This document shows, in pieces, positions 28,291 through 41,696 of a stretch of DNA of 64,000 nt (its first letter is position 1; every line of letters begins with the position of its first letter). This DNA is from Eledone cirrhosa (taxonomy: Eukaryota), in NCBI GenBank assembly GCA_964016885.1, contig CAXHJY010001183.1:1-64000 (forward strand). The letters run 5' to 3'. The translations under genes were made by a program, and so were the position numbers. The notes below the pieces were generated by a model. That model made no database searches. It was not told the DNA's origin and saw only the letters and a list, made by a program, of their open reading frames with translations.

Positions 28291-29750
28291 CTCTTCTTCT
28301 TCTCACACTTATTCCTGAGAGGATCATGGGGGCAGAGACCTCAAACACTCCTTCCAGCGGGTCCTGTCTGAAGCAGCCGTATCCAACTGATCCGGCTGGA
28401 TCCCAAAGCGAGATCAGCCAAGCTCATGGATGTTATCCAACCATCTTGCTCGGGGTCTACTCCTGGTTCTCCTTCCAGTTGGTTTTGTCCGTAAAATCTG
28501 TCAAGTGATATTTCCTGAGACATTCTAAGCAAATGCCCATAGTAGCGGCTCTACCTGGAGCGACTCTTTGATCTCCAAGATACGCACTTTTTCGAGTACC
28601 GTTACTCCAAAGAACCTTCGGATGAACCCCATTTCGGCCGCTTGCATTCGCGATCGTATTCTTTCGGTCATTACACAAGATTCATGACCATAGATAAGGG
28701 TTAGCACAAATACCAATAGTTAGTTTGGCTTTCACACCTACCAACCTTCTTCTGATTACTAAAAACTGAAGCTGGTGCATTACTGCACCAGCTTTTGCAA
28801 TTCTTGCATTTAATTCAACCTCCTTCCTTCCATTACTCGTGAACACGGCCCCGAGATACTTGAACTTCTCTACCTGCTTCAGTGTAACTCCATTCACATG
28901 TAAAGTGCACTGCACAGGCTTCCTTGAGAGGACAAGTATCTCAGTTTTTGCAGCTCTGATTTTTATTCCAGCCATAGAACACTCGGCATCAAACCTATCA
29001 AGAGCAAGTCTGAGATTGCCTTCTGCTGAGCTAAGTAACACCATGCCGTCTGTAAATTCCAGTCGACCAATTTTACACCCGGCCGCGCATGTCATTTCTG
29101 TTCATGAAAATAATGAACAGGAAAGGTAACAGTGCGCATCCTTGGTGGAGTCCGACTCCTATGATGAATCATTTCGATTTAGCACCATTTACCGAAGACA
29201 AATACTATGGCATTCGCATAGAGACATCAGGGCAGCAAGAAGCTGACCATCGATCCCATACTCCTGCACAACCTTCCACAGCTGGTCCAGAGGAACGCGG
29301 ACATATGCCTTTTCGAGATCTACAAAACAAGAATACACCTCTTGGCAATACTCTCACAATTTCTCAAAGACCTGCTGCAGTGTGAACATTTGGTCGGCTG
29401 TGTTGCGCCCGGGGCGAAAACCGCACTGTTCATCATCTAGCTTGGACTCGACAATTTCCCTGCATCTCTTTGCCAGACACTTAGCATGGACTTTACCGGG
29501 GAGGCTTAAAAAGAGATCCCTCTGTAACTGGAACAATCTCTCTTGTCTCCTTTTTTGAGAATTGGGATTATCACTCCCGATTTCCATTGCTTGGGTGCCT
29601 TTCCAGAGATCCAGGCCACCCGGCCCACACGAGTCAGCAAGAGAATATCTTCTCTATTTAAAGCTTTTAACATCTCAGGCCAGATTTCACCTTTCCCAGT
29701 CGTGTTGCCACATTTGTGCGTTAACAGCTATTGTGACCTCAGCCTCTAAG
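28290..29750 (-). mobile_element. RTE/RTEX-like LINE 3' fragment
   Basis: LDDEQCGFRPGR...DQ.FTL, FTDG.VLL (degenerate FADD), QVEKFKYLG, L.YGHES.VMT....SR.QAAEM.F.RR..GVT...KVR. Confidence 0.88.
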
Positions 29751-31215
29751 AAATTAGTCACCGCTCCCAGACACTATTGCATCCAGCTTCACAGAACTCC
29801 CCAGATATACTGGGCACGTTGAAACAGAGTGGAGATTATTCATAATAGAGTATAAGTCAAGTACTGCGGAACAAATACTGCTAATCAACTGTCCGATGTT
29901 CCAACAACTCTGCCAATACTCCATCCTTAATATAATTATTTCTAATTTAAGCATAAGACTAGCAATTTGGGGAAAGAGAAAGTCAATTATATCGAACCCA
30001 GTTGTTGACAGGTACTTTATGAAACACAAAGTTGACATCGGAGAGATTTGAATGTAGTAAATAAATACCGCAAGGTATTTTGTCCGACGTTCTAACGATA
30101 TTGCCAATCCACCGTATTTGCCTGGAGCCTGAATTAAGAATCAATATATGTGAATCTCTATCATTTTTGACGGCGCGGGTTCATTAGTGATAATAATAAT
30201 ATAGATAAAAACTGAAATATGCGAACAATAGATATATGAAATTGAAAGCTACGTGATATTTGCAAGGGAATAAATATAGAATCTACCAGAGAAGTGTGGA
30301 ACTGCTATGGTGGATATAAATGCTAATACAACTCGGAAATAGAGTTATCAGCACGATTCTCTGCAATTTTAGGTATCGGGATTTAATGCTTATATTTTCG
30401 AATTTGGAATTTATGATATTGATTTTTTACAAATAATATCATTCACACGAATGTTGATTTGATTGATTTATCAAAAATAACGAATATTGTTATTCTTAGG
30501 GAAGGAAAAATAGAAAACATTTTATAGTTTTGTTTGTTTGTTTTCTGTTGTTGTTTTTTTTTTGTGTTTTCGTTGCTTATTCTATATATTATATTCAAAA
30601 TATATTATGGCAACATTCTTATGTGATATATTCTTATATATTTTCAAGACCAAAGAATAAGATATATTAAATTTAGATTTACCACTAAAAATTAATTTAT
30701 TTGGAAAAAAATTGTTTGATGATAGTAAACGAAAATAAGGTTTGTATTCCAAAGGGTATTAAAAGAAGCAGCAAACCCATTTGTGGGGGATGAAAATTGA
30801 AAAGTGCAAAGAATATTGGAAATTGCAAAGAATATCGAGAAATAAAGGGTCCATGTCATGAGTCCTTAACTACTGATTGAGTCTTGGATTGCCATAGTAA
30901 CATAAGACCAAGCCCATCCCTTTCCAGGTCTAGAAGAGCCGATTCCTTCCAGTCAGAGTTAGATAAAAGAAGAATCGATCCCAATATTTGATTTATTTAT
31001 CGACCTCGAAAAGATGAACGGCAAACATATCAAAGGAAATTAATTTGAGCTTAGAGGTCAGAGGGGCGGAACAAATACCGCAAGGTATCCTGTCTGACGT
31101 TCTGAAAATACAAGATAAAAATATTCAAAGTAGTACTCATTATCCCAAAAGTACATACAAATGCATAGACGCGTGTGTGTGTATGTGTGTGTGCGTGTAT
31201 ATATGTGTGTGTGTG

Positions 31216-31255
<40 letters not shown>

Positions 31256-31544
31256 TGCTGGACATACGTCGGTTACGATGACGAATGTTCCACTTGAGGC
31301 TATCAACGAAACAGCTCGCACGTGAAATTAACGTACGTGGGGTTAAGCATTCTTCAGACACGTATACTCTTCCCGTAATTCTCAGGGAGATTCAGAGCGA
31401 CTTAGTTCTTTGGATTAAAGAGTATACTGGAGCAATATGAAATATATTGTCTTGCTGATGGGCAAAAATGTGCTTACGATTGAGACTCAAACATCCTAAC
31501 CAATAAGACACACATATATATATGTGTGTACGTGTTAAGTATAA

Positions 31545-31618
31545 TATTTCTATCTGATGAACGGATTCAGTGGCTTCTGTTAGAATCGTCTAACTCCGTG
31601 AAACCTTGGGTAATGGAA
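31545..31618 (+). ncRNA. Hammerhead ribozyme in a ~150-bp cassette ending in AATAAA and (TA)n
   Basis: TTCTAT-CTGATGA-ACGGA..TCCGT-GAAACC-TTG-GGTA-ATGGAA; all three stems pair. Confidence 0.82.
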
Positions 31619-31675
31619 TAATTATATTGTGTTGTTTATTACATAATTAAATTAAATAAAAAATTAAATAAAAAT

Positions 31676-31767
<92 letters not shown>

Positions 31768-32014
31768 AGATGAAGCTGGAAATAGCACGGGAGATATATT
31801 TAAGGGTCTGTTTTTCTTTTTTGATTCGTCAAAGTGACATTATTGAAAAGGTAATGTTATTAAAAAAAGAGAGGGACAATTCTTTTTTTTTTTAAATGTT
31901 TATGAAGTATATAAAGTATATGAAGAAATTACCGGTTTCGATGTATTAAAATCCATCTTGTCAAACGTAGAGTGTAAAATATTAGTTGATAGGAGTCAAA
32001 AATGAAAAGTTTTA

Positions 32015-32132
32015 AATTAAAATTAAAATAAAAATTAAAATAAAAATCGAATGTTTGAATAATTTTTCTTCCATCGCAGGATGGAAGAAAAATTATTCAA
32101 ACATTCGATTTTGATTTTGATTTTGATTTTAA
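32015..32132. repeat. Hairpin with perfect 33-bp core arms (32043-32075 and 32080-32112), loop GCAG
   Basis: aaaatcgaatgtttgaataatttttcttccatc-gcag-gatggaagaaaaattattcaaacattcgatttt. Confidence 0.9.
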
Positions 32133-32275
32133 TAGTCCAGAAATAGCCGTCGGAACGGCTTGATCTCTGCCGTCGGGGTTCAATTTTTTCCTATTACCCA
32201 CTCTACTACCCTAAGTATTGAGTACTCTGGTGCTTTATGGTCTATCTGGTTCCTTACCACACCTCCTTCGTTATA

Positions 32276-32380
<105 letters not shown>

Positions 32381-32519
32381 AGATCTTTCTTTATTAAATT
32401 GTTTCAACTTTTGACACAAGGCCAGCAATTACCCAGTGCATTACTGGTACTTTATTTTATCGACCCCGTAAGGATGAAAGACAAAGTTAACCTCAGCGGG
32501 ATTAGATAGATAGATAGTT

Positions 32520-33851
32520 AGATAAATTTCTTTATTAGCCACAAGGGCACAAAAGAAGGGGACAAATACAAATGGGGAGTTTACATATAGGTATATGAAA
32601 ATAAAACTATTAATAAAATAACAATTAACAATTGAAATCCCCAATAGGTGGGGGGAGGCGTTACACAGGGGTTGTACACACCCCGAAAAAAATGTACAAC
32701 CCTCATCTCCAGGAGCACCAAGAGTGAGTACTCCCTTCCTCTCTTCCTCTTTTTCATCAACCTACAGGCTTATATAGAGAGAAGGCCCAACCACTCGGGC
32801 CATCTTTGCCACATTCACTTGCTGCGGACCAACCCTCTATAGAATGTCGAAGTGGAGTCTCCACTGATCGCCGGGTCCGTTTGCCAGAGGACTGTGAGCG
32901 CCTGAGCACATTCGATGTGCCAGTCGCCCATTTTCCTCGGTCTTTGCTTGACCCAGGACTGCAGCTCGGTCAGCGAGACGAGTCGTGGGAAGGCTCGCCT
33001 CACGAACGGGGCCCACACCGGTTGTCCGGTGAGGAATACGTGGAGGTGCCGCAGCCTGAGCGCGTGTTTGCGCATCGTCAGCCACGGCAACCTCAGCCCT
33101 CCGTTTGAAGGGTGTTGGCAGCAGATGGATCTTCTCACAAAAGGAGCCCGTTTCTTCCAAAGGAATTGGAAGAGCGCGTGCTCCATTTTGGTGAGCGTTT
33201 TGGCTGGACAAGGCACGACGGTCAAGCGGTAGTAGATGACGGACGCTATAAAAGTGTTCGCCACCTCCGCTCGACCTTTCAATGATAGTTTTCACTCGGC
33301 CCACTTCTGGGTGAGCGCAAACACCTTGGCCGTCACCTCGTTCCAGTTCTTCTCCACCTGGAGGTCCGGACCAAACCAGACCCCGAGCAGCTTTACCGGT
33401 CCTTCCGTTCAGCGTCCGACGACGCCATCGGAAGGCATCGGTTTGCCTCTCCACGTTCCGAGTTGCAAACCGACGGATTTGTCCCCGTTCAGCTTCGCTC
33501 CAGTGAACCTTTCGTATTCCTTCAGTAAGGTGCCGACCTCTTCGATTTGCGAAGTGCCCGACACCATTACTGTCACGTCGTCGGCGTAGGCCGACGCCGC
33601 TTTTTGCAGTCCCGGTTCCAAAGGGATGCCTTTTCAATAGCTCCAACCTCCGCAGTAGTGGCTCGAGAGTCAGTACGTACAGAAGGGAGGAGAGAGGGCA
33701 TCCCTGTCTGATGGATCGCGTGATATGGAACGGCTCCAAGAGGTAGCCGTTCACCCGAGACCCTTGAGCAGATGTTGCTGCTGTGAATTGCAGCAATCCG
33801 GCCCCTGAACACGGGTCCGAAGCCTGCCGCTTCAAGCACCGCATCCAGGTA
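32520..33851 (-). mobile_element. Tx1/L1-clade LINE 3' fragment (RT C-half)
   Basis: F.ITRSIRQGCPLSSLLYVL.LEPLL, SAYADDVTV, GAKLN..KS, GR..VAN..IAS...Y, F.FLW, GGL.LP. Confidence 0.9.
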
Positions 33852-33926
33852 ACGATAGATAGTTAGATAGATAGATAGACACACACGCACAAACATACAC
33901 ACACACGCAAAAACATATACACACAC

Positions 33927-33928
<2 letters not shown>

Positions 33929-34012
<84 letters not shown>

Positions 34013-34015
34013 GTG

Positions 34016-34109
<94 letters not shown>

Positions 34110-34110
34110 T
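33929..34110. repeat. (GT)n microsatellite
   Basis: Direct reading of the sequence. Confidence 0.97.
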
Positions 34111-35672
34111 ATGTGTACATTTAATGTGAATTTGAATGGAAAATCGCTCCTTTAAACATAAATATATACTTTCATAAATATTTTGTAAGTATATGTATTT
34201 ATAAATATGTGTGTGTATGTATGTGTGTGTGTGAGTGTATTCCTATATAAGATTGTGCGTATATGTGTGCGTGCATGTGAGTGTGTTTATGTGCGCATGT
34301 ATTACTGGGTATATTTGGGGAGGGGGGTGCAATTGAAGCTATAAATCACTGATATCAGTGTTATTCAAATAATATTTCTCTCCCAACTAAAGCTGAAATA
34401 TATTTCTTAGAAAGTAATTGGCGTGAAAAGCATTTCCTTTCATCTCAAATATTAGGTGTTATAATATTGTGAAAGCCAACGTTGTTTTTCAGATTTACAG
34501 CAATTAAATTATCTATAGCAGCAAGACAGCAGTACTGAATTTGTGCATCGATTCAATGTTTATTAACTCCTCCGAGTGTGTTAAGTAAATGTGGTCATTA
34601 TTTTATACCTAACGATAAATATATGAAATACATATAATTAATAAAGATCGGTGACACTTTATTATTTCCATTTTCATACACTTTTCATGAAATATATATT
34701 TATATTTTCTTTTTTCACTTTTTAAGACTCTAGCTTATTAGAAATAAAACGAAAACATTCATAGTATTATAAACATTTGCAAAGATATGTTCTCTATATA
34801 GACAGACGCAAGCATGGCTGTGAGATTAAGAAGTTTGTTTCGCAATCATGAGATATAGAGAGCGATATGACTGGCATCTTGAGCAAATGTCGATCTATGC
34901 TTTGTGTGTAAAATTAAGTAAATAAAAACTGTTTGAAAGCTCATCCAATAGACTGTATCTGTAATTCAAAGGCCCAGCCTTGCCACACGGATTCACGCTG
35001 AATTCTCTTACAGACTACGCTAGGGGGACACGTCTGTGGAATGCTCAGTCATCTACACGTTAATTTCACTAGCAGGCTGTTTCGTTGATCGAACAACTGG
35101 AACACTCATCGTCGAAACAAACGGAGATCAGTTCCATTTTATATGTCCTGTACTCTTATTTTAACATTGGCAGTATTGGATTGGCAGTATTGGTAGAGCA
35201 TCGCACAAAATGGTTTACGGTATAAATTTACGGCCTTTTACGTTCTGAGTTCAAATTCTGCCGAGATTAGCTTTGCCTTTCGTCTTTCCGGAGTCGATAA
35301 AATAAAGTACCAGTAACGCACTGGGGTCGAGTTAATCGTCTTCCTCCTCCCCAAAAAATCATTGGCCTCGTGTCTAAATCAGAAACCACTATTTATTTTA
35401 AAACACTTTACATCAGATATTTTTCATCTAAGACTCAAGCATATTATATTAATACACCAAAACCATTCAGATTATTATAAATGTCAGCAAAGATATTTTC
35501 TTAAAATGTACATCACTACTTTCTTGGTGATAATCCGACGTATTTATTACTGATATATTGCCAAACGAAACAGGAAATAAAATGAAGTGCCAGTAACTGA
35601 GGTCGATTTAATCGACTTTCCGCTTCTCTTCAAATTGCTGACCATGTGGCAAAAGTAGAAACAATTATTATT

Positions 35673-36175
35673 ACCACGACTTTGAGTCTCTTGTTTCCAT
35701 TTCGGATCACCGGGTCTAAACCATGGTCCTGACACTATACAAAATAGATCTTACTTTGAGGTCAGCACCTTTCTTAGTATATGTAATGTTCCTAGAAGAT
35801 TTGTTTTCTCTTTAGAGTTTCTGTTGTGTGATATTTTCTAGTATTTTGTTAGTGAATTGTTACAGTCCCTTTTTGATTAATCTAAGTCCTCCGATCATTA
35901 CTGGTATAGTTTGTGTGGTCATGTCCCACTTTCTGGCAATTTCAATCTCAAGCTCGATATATTTAGACAGTTGTTCTATGAACTTAACTGATATGTTACA
36001 GTCTATTGGTAATGTCGTATCAATCAACATACAGATTTTATCTTCAGTATTTTTAATTATGATGTCTGCCCTGTTTTCTTTGATTTCCCTCTCTGTTTGC
36101 ACTGATATGTCCCATAGGATGATAACATTATTATTCTTGGCAACAGTTCCTTGTTTGTGGTCATACCACTAAACA
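35673..36175 (-). mobile_element. R4/Dong-clade LINE 3' fragment (restriction-like endonuclease)
   Basis: ILWD.SVQTEREIKENRADIII.....C.LID..LP.D.N...K..E.LSKY..L..EI.R.W.....IPV.IG.L; flanked by (TAA)n. Confidence 0.85.
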
Positions 36176-36289
36176 GAGACTAATATTTATTACTGTCGTT
36201 ATTTTTGTTATCATTATATTTATTATTATTATTATAAGATAAAGATAAAGAAATCATTATTATTAGTAGTAGTAGTCGTATAAATAAGG

Positions 36290-36950
36290 GCAATGCGTTG
36301 GCAGAGTCGCTTGACTGCCAGACAGTATTTGTTCGGTTCTTTTCTTGCTGAGTCCAAATCTCACCGAGGTCAAATTTATCTTTCATCCTTACGAAGTCTA
36401 TAAAATAAAATGCCAGTAACCAACTGAGGTCGATATCATCGAACTTCCCCACCCCACCCCCAAATTGCTGGCCTTGTGCAAAAAATAGAAACGGTGGGTT
36501 GGCAGTATCGGTAGAGCGTCAGACATCATGCTTTGCAGTTACGTCCTTTTACGTTGTGAGTTCAAATCTCGCTGATGAGGTTTGGGGTCGATAAAATAAA
36601 GTGCCACAAACGTACAGGTGTCGATTTAATCGACTTTCCCCTTCTCCAAAATGTGTTAGCCATGTGCCTAAATCAGAGGGAGGGTCAATTTAATCGACTT
36701 TCCCTTCCCCCTAAATTACTGGCCTTGTGCCTATACTAGAAATCATTATTATTATTGCTGTGGATTGGCAGTATCGGTAGAGGGTCGGACGCCATACTTT
36801 GCAGCACAGTTACGTCCCTTTACGGACTGAGTTCAAATCCCGCCAAGGTTAACTTTGCCTTTCATCCTTATGGGGTCGATAAAATAAAGTACCAGTAATA
36901 CACTGGGATAATTGCTGGCCTTGTACCAAAAGTAGAAACAATTATTATTA
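36290..36950 (+). mobile_element. Cluster of tRNA-derived SINE family B copies; others at about 8500-8700, 29950-30115, 32410-32500, 35170-35395, 56370-56480, 62830-63045
   Basis: ggattggcagtatcggtagagcgtc...gagttcaaatcccgccaaggttaactttgcctttcatcct...ggggtcgataaaataaagtaccagt...ttgctggccttgtgcc..attattatt. Confidence 0.8.
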
Positions 36951-38808
36951 TTGCTGTTGTTATAATCGTCTGTCTATCATGTTTTGGTGTTTTGGTGTTT
37001 TGGTGGACTGAGACCATGAACTGATTAACATACCCAGCTGTAGCCAAACCTCTTCAATACCTTTGAAAAATGAAGTTTATGAAAACCGAAGAAATAGTGA
37101 CAAGGAATGGATCTCCTTCGGTTTCGTCGATGAGTGTTCTATTTATTCAATCAATTGATCATCTTGCTCATGAAATTAATGTGTAGGTGGCTGAAGAATC
37201 AATTTTGTACTATATTGTAAGTGGTGCAGCAGTCCATAGACACGTTCACCTTTAATATAATTCTTAGAGAGATTCAGCATGATACCGTGTATGACAAAGC
37301 TGGCCTTTTGAATTACAATTACAATCCAACGGGTGGGCTTCTAAACAGTTTCTATCTATCCAATTTCATTCACAAAGAATGGGTTGACCCGAGTCTATGA
37401 TAAATATCGCTTGTCCAATGTGTCAAGCAGTAGGACCGAACCCTGAAGCTAATGATTGCGAAGCGACTTTTTTCACCATTTTGCCATGTCTGCTTTTACA
37501 TAATAGACACATTACATTACTTAAACATTTATTTAAACTGTGGGGAAATATATATGATTAATTACTTATTTTCTGTTATTTTCTTGAGTATGAGTTTCTT
37601 ATTTAGAAAGTATATTTCGAGTGGAAAGATAGTAACAGAACAAAACTAAAATATTAAGCTCATATTTATCAATGGATATATCAATTGTACAAAACTAAAG
37701 CTGGTATTTATCAATGAATATATCAAAACAGTCACGGAAAGAAATAATAAAGTTGTAAATGGCTAGAGGTTAGTAAAAAGGAAGCAGATCTTAGACTGTA
37801 GTAAATAGTAGCGGTCTCTTGGTGAATAGAAAATTGATGATATAAAGGTGAACGGATAATTCTTCATTTCATACCGATGATTAATCAACTCGGAAAAGAG
37901 GGGGCGACAAAAAGGAAGCAAATAGTATATTTATTTTCTTATGTAATGAATTTCGTTAAATATTTCATCTTCAATAATTCATCAATTTATCAAAGACAAC
38001 AACAGCTTACATGAATATATAATTTTACGTATGTATTGTATATAGTATAAATATTGTATATAATGTATATATTCTATATAGTGTATGAATGTATGTATTG
38101 TCTATACTATATGAATGGAATTTATATGTTGTATACATTGTATGAAAATATAGATTGTATGAATGTATACATTATGTATCCTGTGTATATTATATATATA
38201 CTATATATATTATGTTGTTACACTGTATGTATGGAACCGTAAACTCTTAATGGGGTCATAGAAGCAGCATAGTGATATACGTCATGTATTGGGTATATTT
38301 GTTTTTAACTTGGTAGAGCCCGTCCCTCTCCATGCCTGAACACAGATGGTTTCTTCTACAGAGAGAGTGATAGAAAGGCAGTAATGAAGAGATATAGAGG
38401 AAATATCGACCTCAATACTGAACTGATGTTATAGACCTCAAAAAATAAAAGGCTAAATTGATCGTAGCAAGATCTGAACGCCCAGAATCGGAATGAATAC
38501 CGCAAAGCATTCTATCCGATGTTCGAATAACCAATTCGCTTCATCACTATTACACTACAAAAGAGAGATGAAATGATTGATTCTTTTCAAAATTATGCAA
38601 TTTAAATAGCCGACAGTTGGGGTTGTTGTTTTTTTTGTTTGTTTGATTTTTTTTTTTCAGTTATTGATATATTTATTACGTGACTCATCCTCAAAAGAAA
38701 CTATGAAATATTGATATAGAACATTGTATATAAACAATTATGATTCTATTCGAGAATTTGTTGTGATAAGATTTTTAAATTACACACATACACATTCTCA
38801 TATATATC

Positions 38809-38896
<88 letters not shown>

Positions 38897-39096
38897 TATG
38901 TGTATATAATATAAATATATGTGTGTGTGTGAGAGTGTAATAACAGTTACAGACGGCGCGCTGGTCGCAGCACTCAATGCTCTTAAGAGATCCGTTTCGC
39001 TTGGGTTGTATTCCAGTGTTGCGGCTGTAGTGTGCAGAGTGTAAATAGATTTAAAAGAGTCGAAGTCAATGTTGCAGTATATGTACTTTATTTGTA

Positions 39097-39174
39097 TTTT
39101 ACAATTGTTTCGTATTCATCAGCTCAGGGAACAATCAAGGTGACGGGGCTCTTTTTCGATATCTCGTCAGATAT
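39097..39174 (-). ncRNA. Two adjacent minimal hammerhead cores
   Basis: Minus strand: CTGACGA-GATATC-GAAA ... CTGATGA-ATAC-GAAAC-AATT-GTA, then AATAAA. Confidence 0.6.
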
Positions 39175-39642
39175 GTGAGCTTGTATGTGCCAAGACAAAC
39201 TACATAACATCTCAATAAAAAGATTCCAGGGAAGCACATACATATAGACCATCTTATACAAAAATACAAAATCATCAACGGGTAGCTCCTAGTAAAGTAA
39301 TCTAAAACAAGAAAACTTAAGAAGCATTTTACTCTAGGGATAGTATCTTAGTTTAGCAACTTAACGGTAGAAGGCTCAGCCAAGTTCCTCTAACTGCAGT
39401 TTCATGGACCAACAAGAGTACTGACCATCTCAATAGCTCAATAGATTGGAGCAGTCCATTCTGCCAGAAAACCCAATCGTCAGATGGGTTCTGATTAGTA
39501 TAAGAATAGGATAGAGGCCGTAGCTAAATGGATTATACACAGATAGTTTCATTAAACTTGATTTAAATATACATGTATATATATATATCGGATCTAGCTG
39601 TCGAAACGGCCGGAGCTCAGCCGTGGGGGTCCTGAATCTTTT

Positions 39643-39681
<39 letters not shown>

Positions 39682-39901
39682 GTAAGACCTCGACGGCAGA
39701 GCTCCAGAAATAACCGTCCAGAAATAGCCGTCGAAACGGCTTCAGCTCTGCCGTCGGTGCCTTACATTTTCCTATTACCCACTCCCCTAAGTATTGAGTA
39801 GGTCCATCTGGTTCCTTCCCACAACTCCTTCGTTATATATATATATATATATATATATCAATGATATTAATAATTGGAAACTATATTTATAAAACCATAT
39901 T

Positions 39902-39962
39902 TATTCTATTATATATATTTCAAGGGTACCAAAACTTTGGTACGCTCTCATCAGATAAAATA
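39902..39962 (-). ncRNA. Hammerhead ribozyme
   Basis: Minus strand: TATTTTAT-CTGATGA-GAGC-GTACCAAAGTTTTGGTAC-CCTT-GAAA-TATATA-TA-ATAGAATA. Confidence 0.8.
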
Positions 39963-40084
39963 CAAAGTTTGTTTTATAAATATTGACATATCCAGAAAGG
40001 AGATCTTAACGGTTCAAGATTGTTCTGGATAGTTCAGATATTATATATACATACATATATATATACATATACATATATGTGTGT

Positions 40085-40166
<82 letters not shown>

Positions 40167-40590
40167 TCATCATCACTGAAATTGTCTTTGCTTCTTGCGT
40201 TTAAATATTCCACGACTCTCTATCACTTTTCCTCTACTACAACCTTCTTACACCACCTTCTCACCCGTATATTTTTCACTCCTACCCTAGTACCTTCAAC
40301 ATGCCCAATCTCAAATTTTTTCTCCGTTAACTCCATTCCACTCTCAAACGCTTCCTCCAACCTCCCCCCCCCCCCCACCTATATGCATCCAATCATCCGT
40401 GCATTTCTCCAGCCTCATCTTCACCAAAACAAAACGCACTCCATCTAAAAAAAATAAATCATACACAAAACGCCAGCATAAACAGTTTTCCAAGAGATGT
40501 CAACATGAATGGACCTGTTATTTTTATCTAAAAACATTTTTGCCAATTCCAACCCGCCCATCCCTTCAATCTATTTTATTTCTCATTCTT

Positions 40591-40626
40591 TCTTCTGGTG
40601 AAGGATTAGCGTCCGAAACGTTAAAA
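40591..40626 (+). ncRNA. Hammerhead with an A6G core mutation; same family as 51417-51452 and 57228-57263
   Basis: TCTT-CTGGTGA-AGGA-TTAGCG-TCC-GAAAC-GTT-AAAA; flanks 40440-40660 match the reverse complement of 57190-57430. Confidence 0.7.
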
Positions 40627-40725
40627 CCCTCTTCCTGCTATTTCAAGCGTTAACCTAATATATTCCTTCCAAATACTGCACCGATTGTGTTGTTATTTCA
40701 GTTTAGCTTTTATATACATATTACC

Positions 40726-40948
40726 ATATTACCATCTTAAACTTTGTTTACAGTAACCACACAGCCCGCTTCATTTCTTGTAATTTTGTATGACACCCCC
40801 CCCCCCCCTCTACTTGTTTTGCTCGATTTGTGGTCTCACGACGCTACATATCGACTCCCTCCTTCTCTCTCTCTCTCTCTTTTTTCTCTCTCTCGTTCTC
40901 TCTCTCTCTCTCTCTCCCTTCCCCCTTTCTCTCTCTCTCTCTCCCCTT

Positions 40949-40996
<48 letters not shown>

Positions 40997-41544
40997 TGTT
41001 CGTTTTCGATCGTTTACGACATGTTTCACACACGTCGTAAAACTGTTTTGGATTATCTCCCTTTCTCTTCTCCCTCTCACTTCCGGTTGCTCTCTCTTTC
41101 TCTCTCTCTCCCTCTCTCTCTCTCTCTCTACCATCACTCTGCTAAGATCGCACGGAACAACATCGCTCCTAGTTATTACACCACAAGACTTAAGTCTAAT
41201 CGTTTCGTTGTAACTTATTCTATTTTTTCATCGGTTACTCACTTGCATGTTCCATTGTCCTGTGTCCCCCCTCCATTCGGTTTGTTTACTTCGTTTTTTA
41301 CTCTTTCTTTTTTTCTCTTTCTTCCCTTCTTTTCATTATTTTTTCTTTTCTTTCCCTCATGGTCTTTTGATCGATAAAAGGTCTTGGGCGCGCTGCTGAT
41401 CGCTTTCGATGTCCTGTTTTAAGCGCCAAAACATCTATGACCACAGTTAACAGCTGATGAAGAAGTTCTTCTCTTGTTTCGTCAATATTACCATCTTAAA
41501 CTTTGTTTACGGTAACCACACAGCCCGCTTCGTTTCTTATAATT
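40726..41544 (+). mobile_element. 759-bp unit bounded by a 60-bp direct repeat, with a degenerate HHR 5' half at 41454
   Basis: atattaccatcttaaactttgtttac.gtaaccacacagcccgcttc.tttctt.taatt at 40726-40785 and 41485-41544, then (TA)n. Confidence 0.7.
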
Positions 41545-41545
41545 A

Positions 41546-41576
<31 letters not shown>

Positions 41577-41622
41577 CAAAATAAAGATCCGAAAGCATAG
41601 TATAAATTTCCAATCATTTTAA

Positions 41623-41696
41623 TCACGACACATGTTTCAATAAGAGATAGATCGATCGTGTAGCCATGATCGATTATCACTGATCTCGTCAGGTGA
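41623..41696 (-). ncRNA. Hammerhead ribozyme with long stem II
   Basis: Minus strand: TCAC-CTGACGA-GAT..ATCGATC..GATCGAT..-GAAACA-TG-TGTC-GTGA; GUC cleavage triplet. Confidence 0.82.

Noticed and set aside
36572-36600. CTGATGAGG within a SINE B copy; similar lone boxes at 7551 and 22765
   Set aside because: No downstream GAAA with stems II and III; chance matches or too decayed
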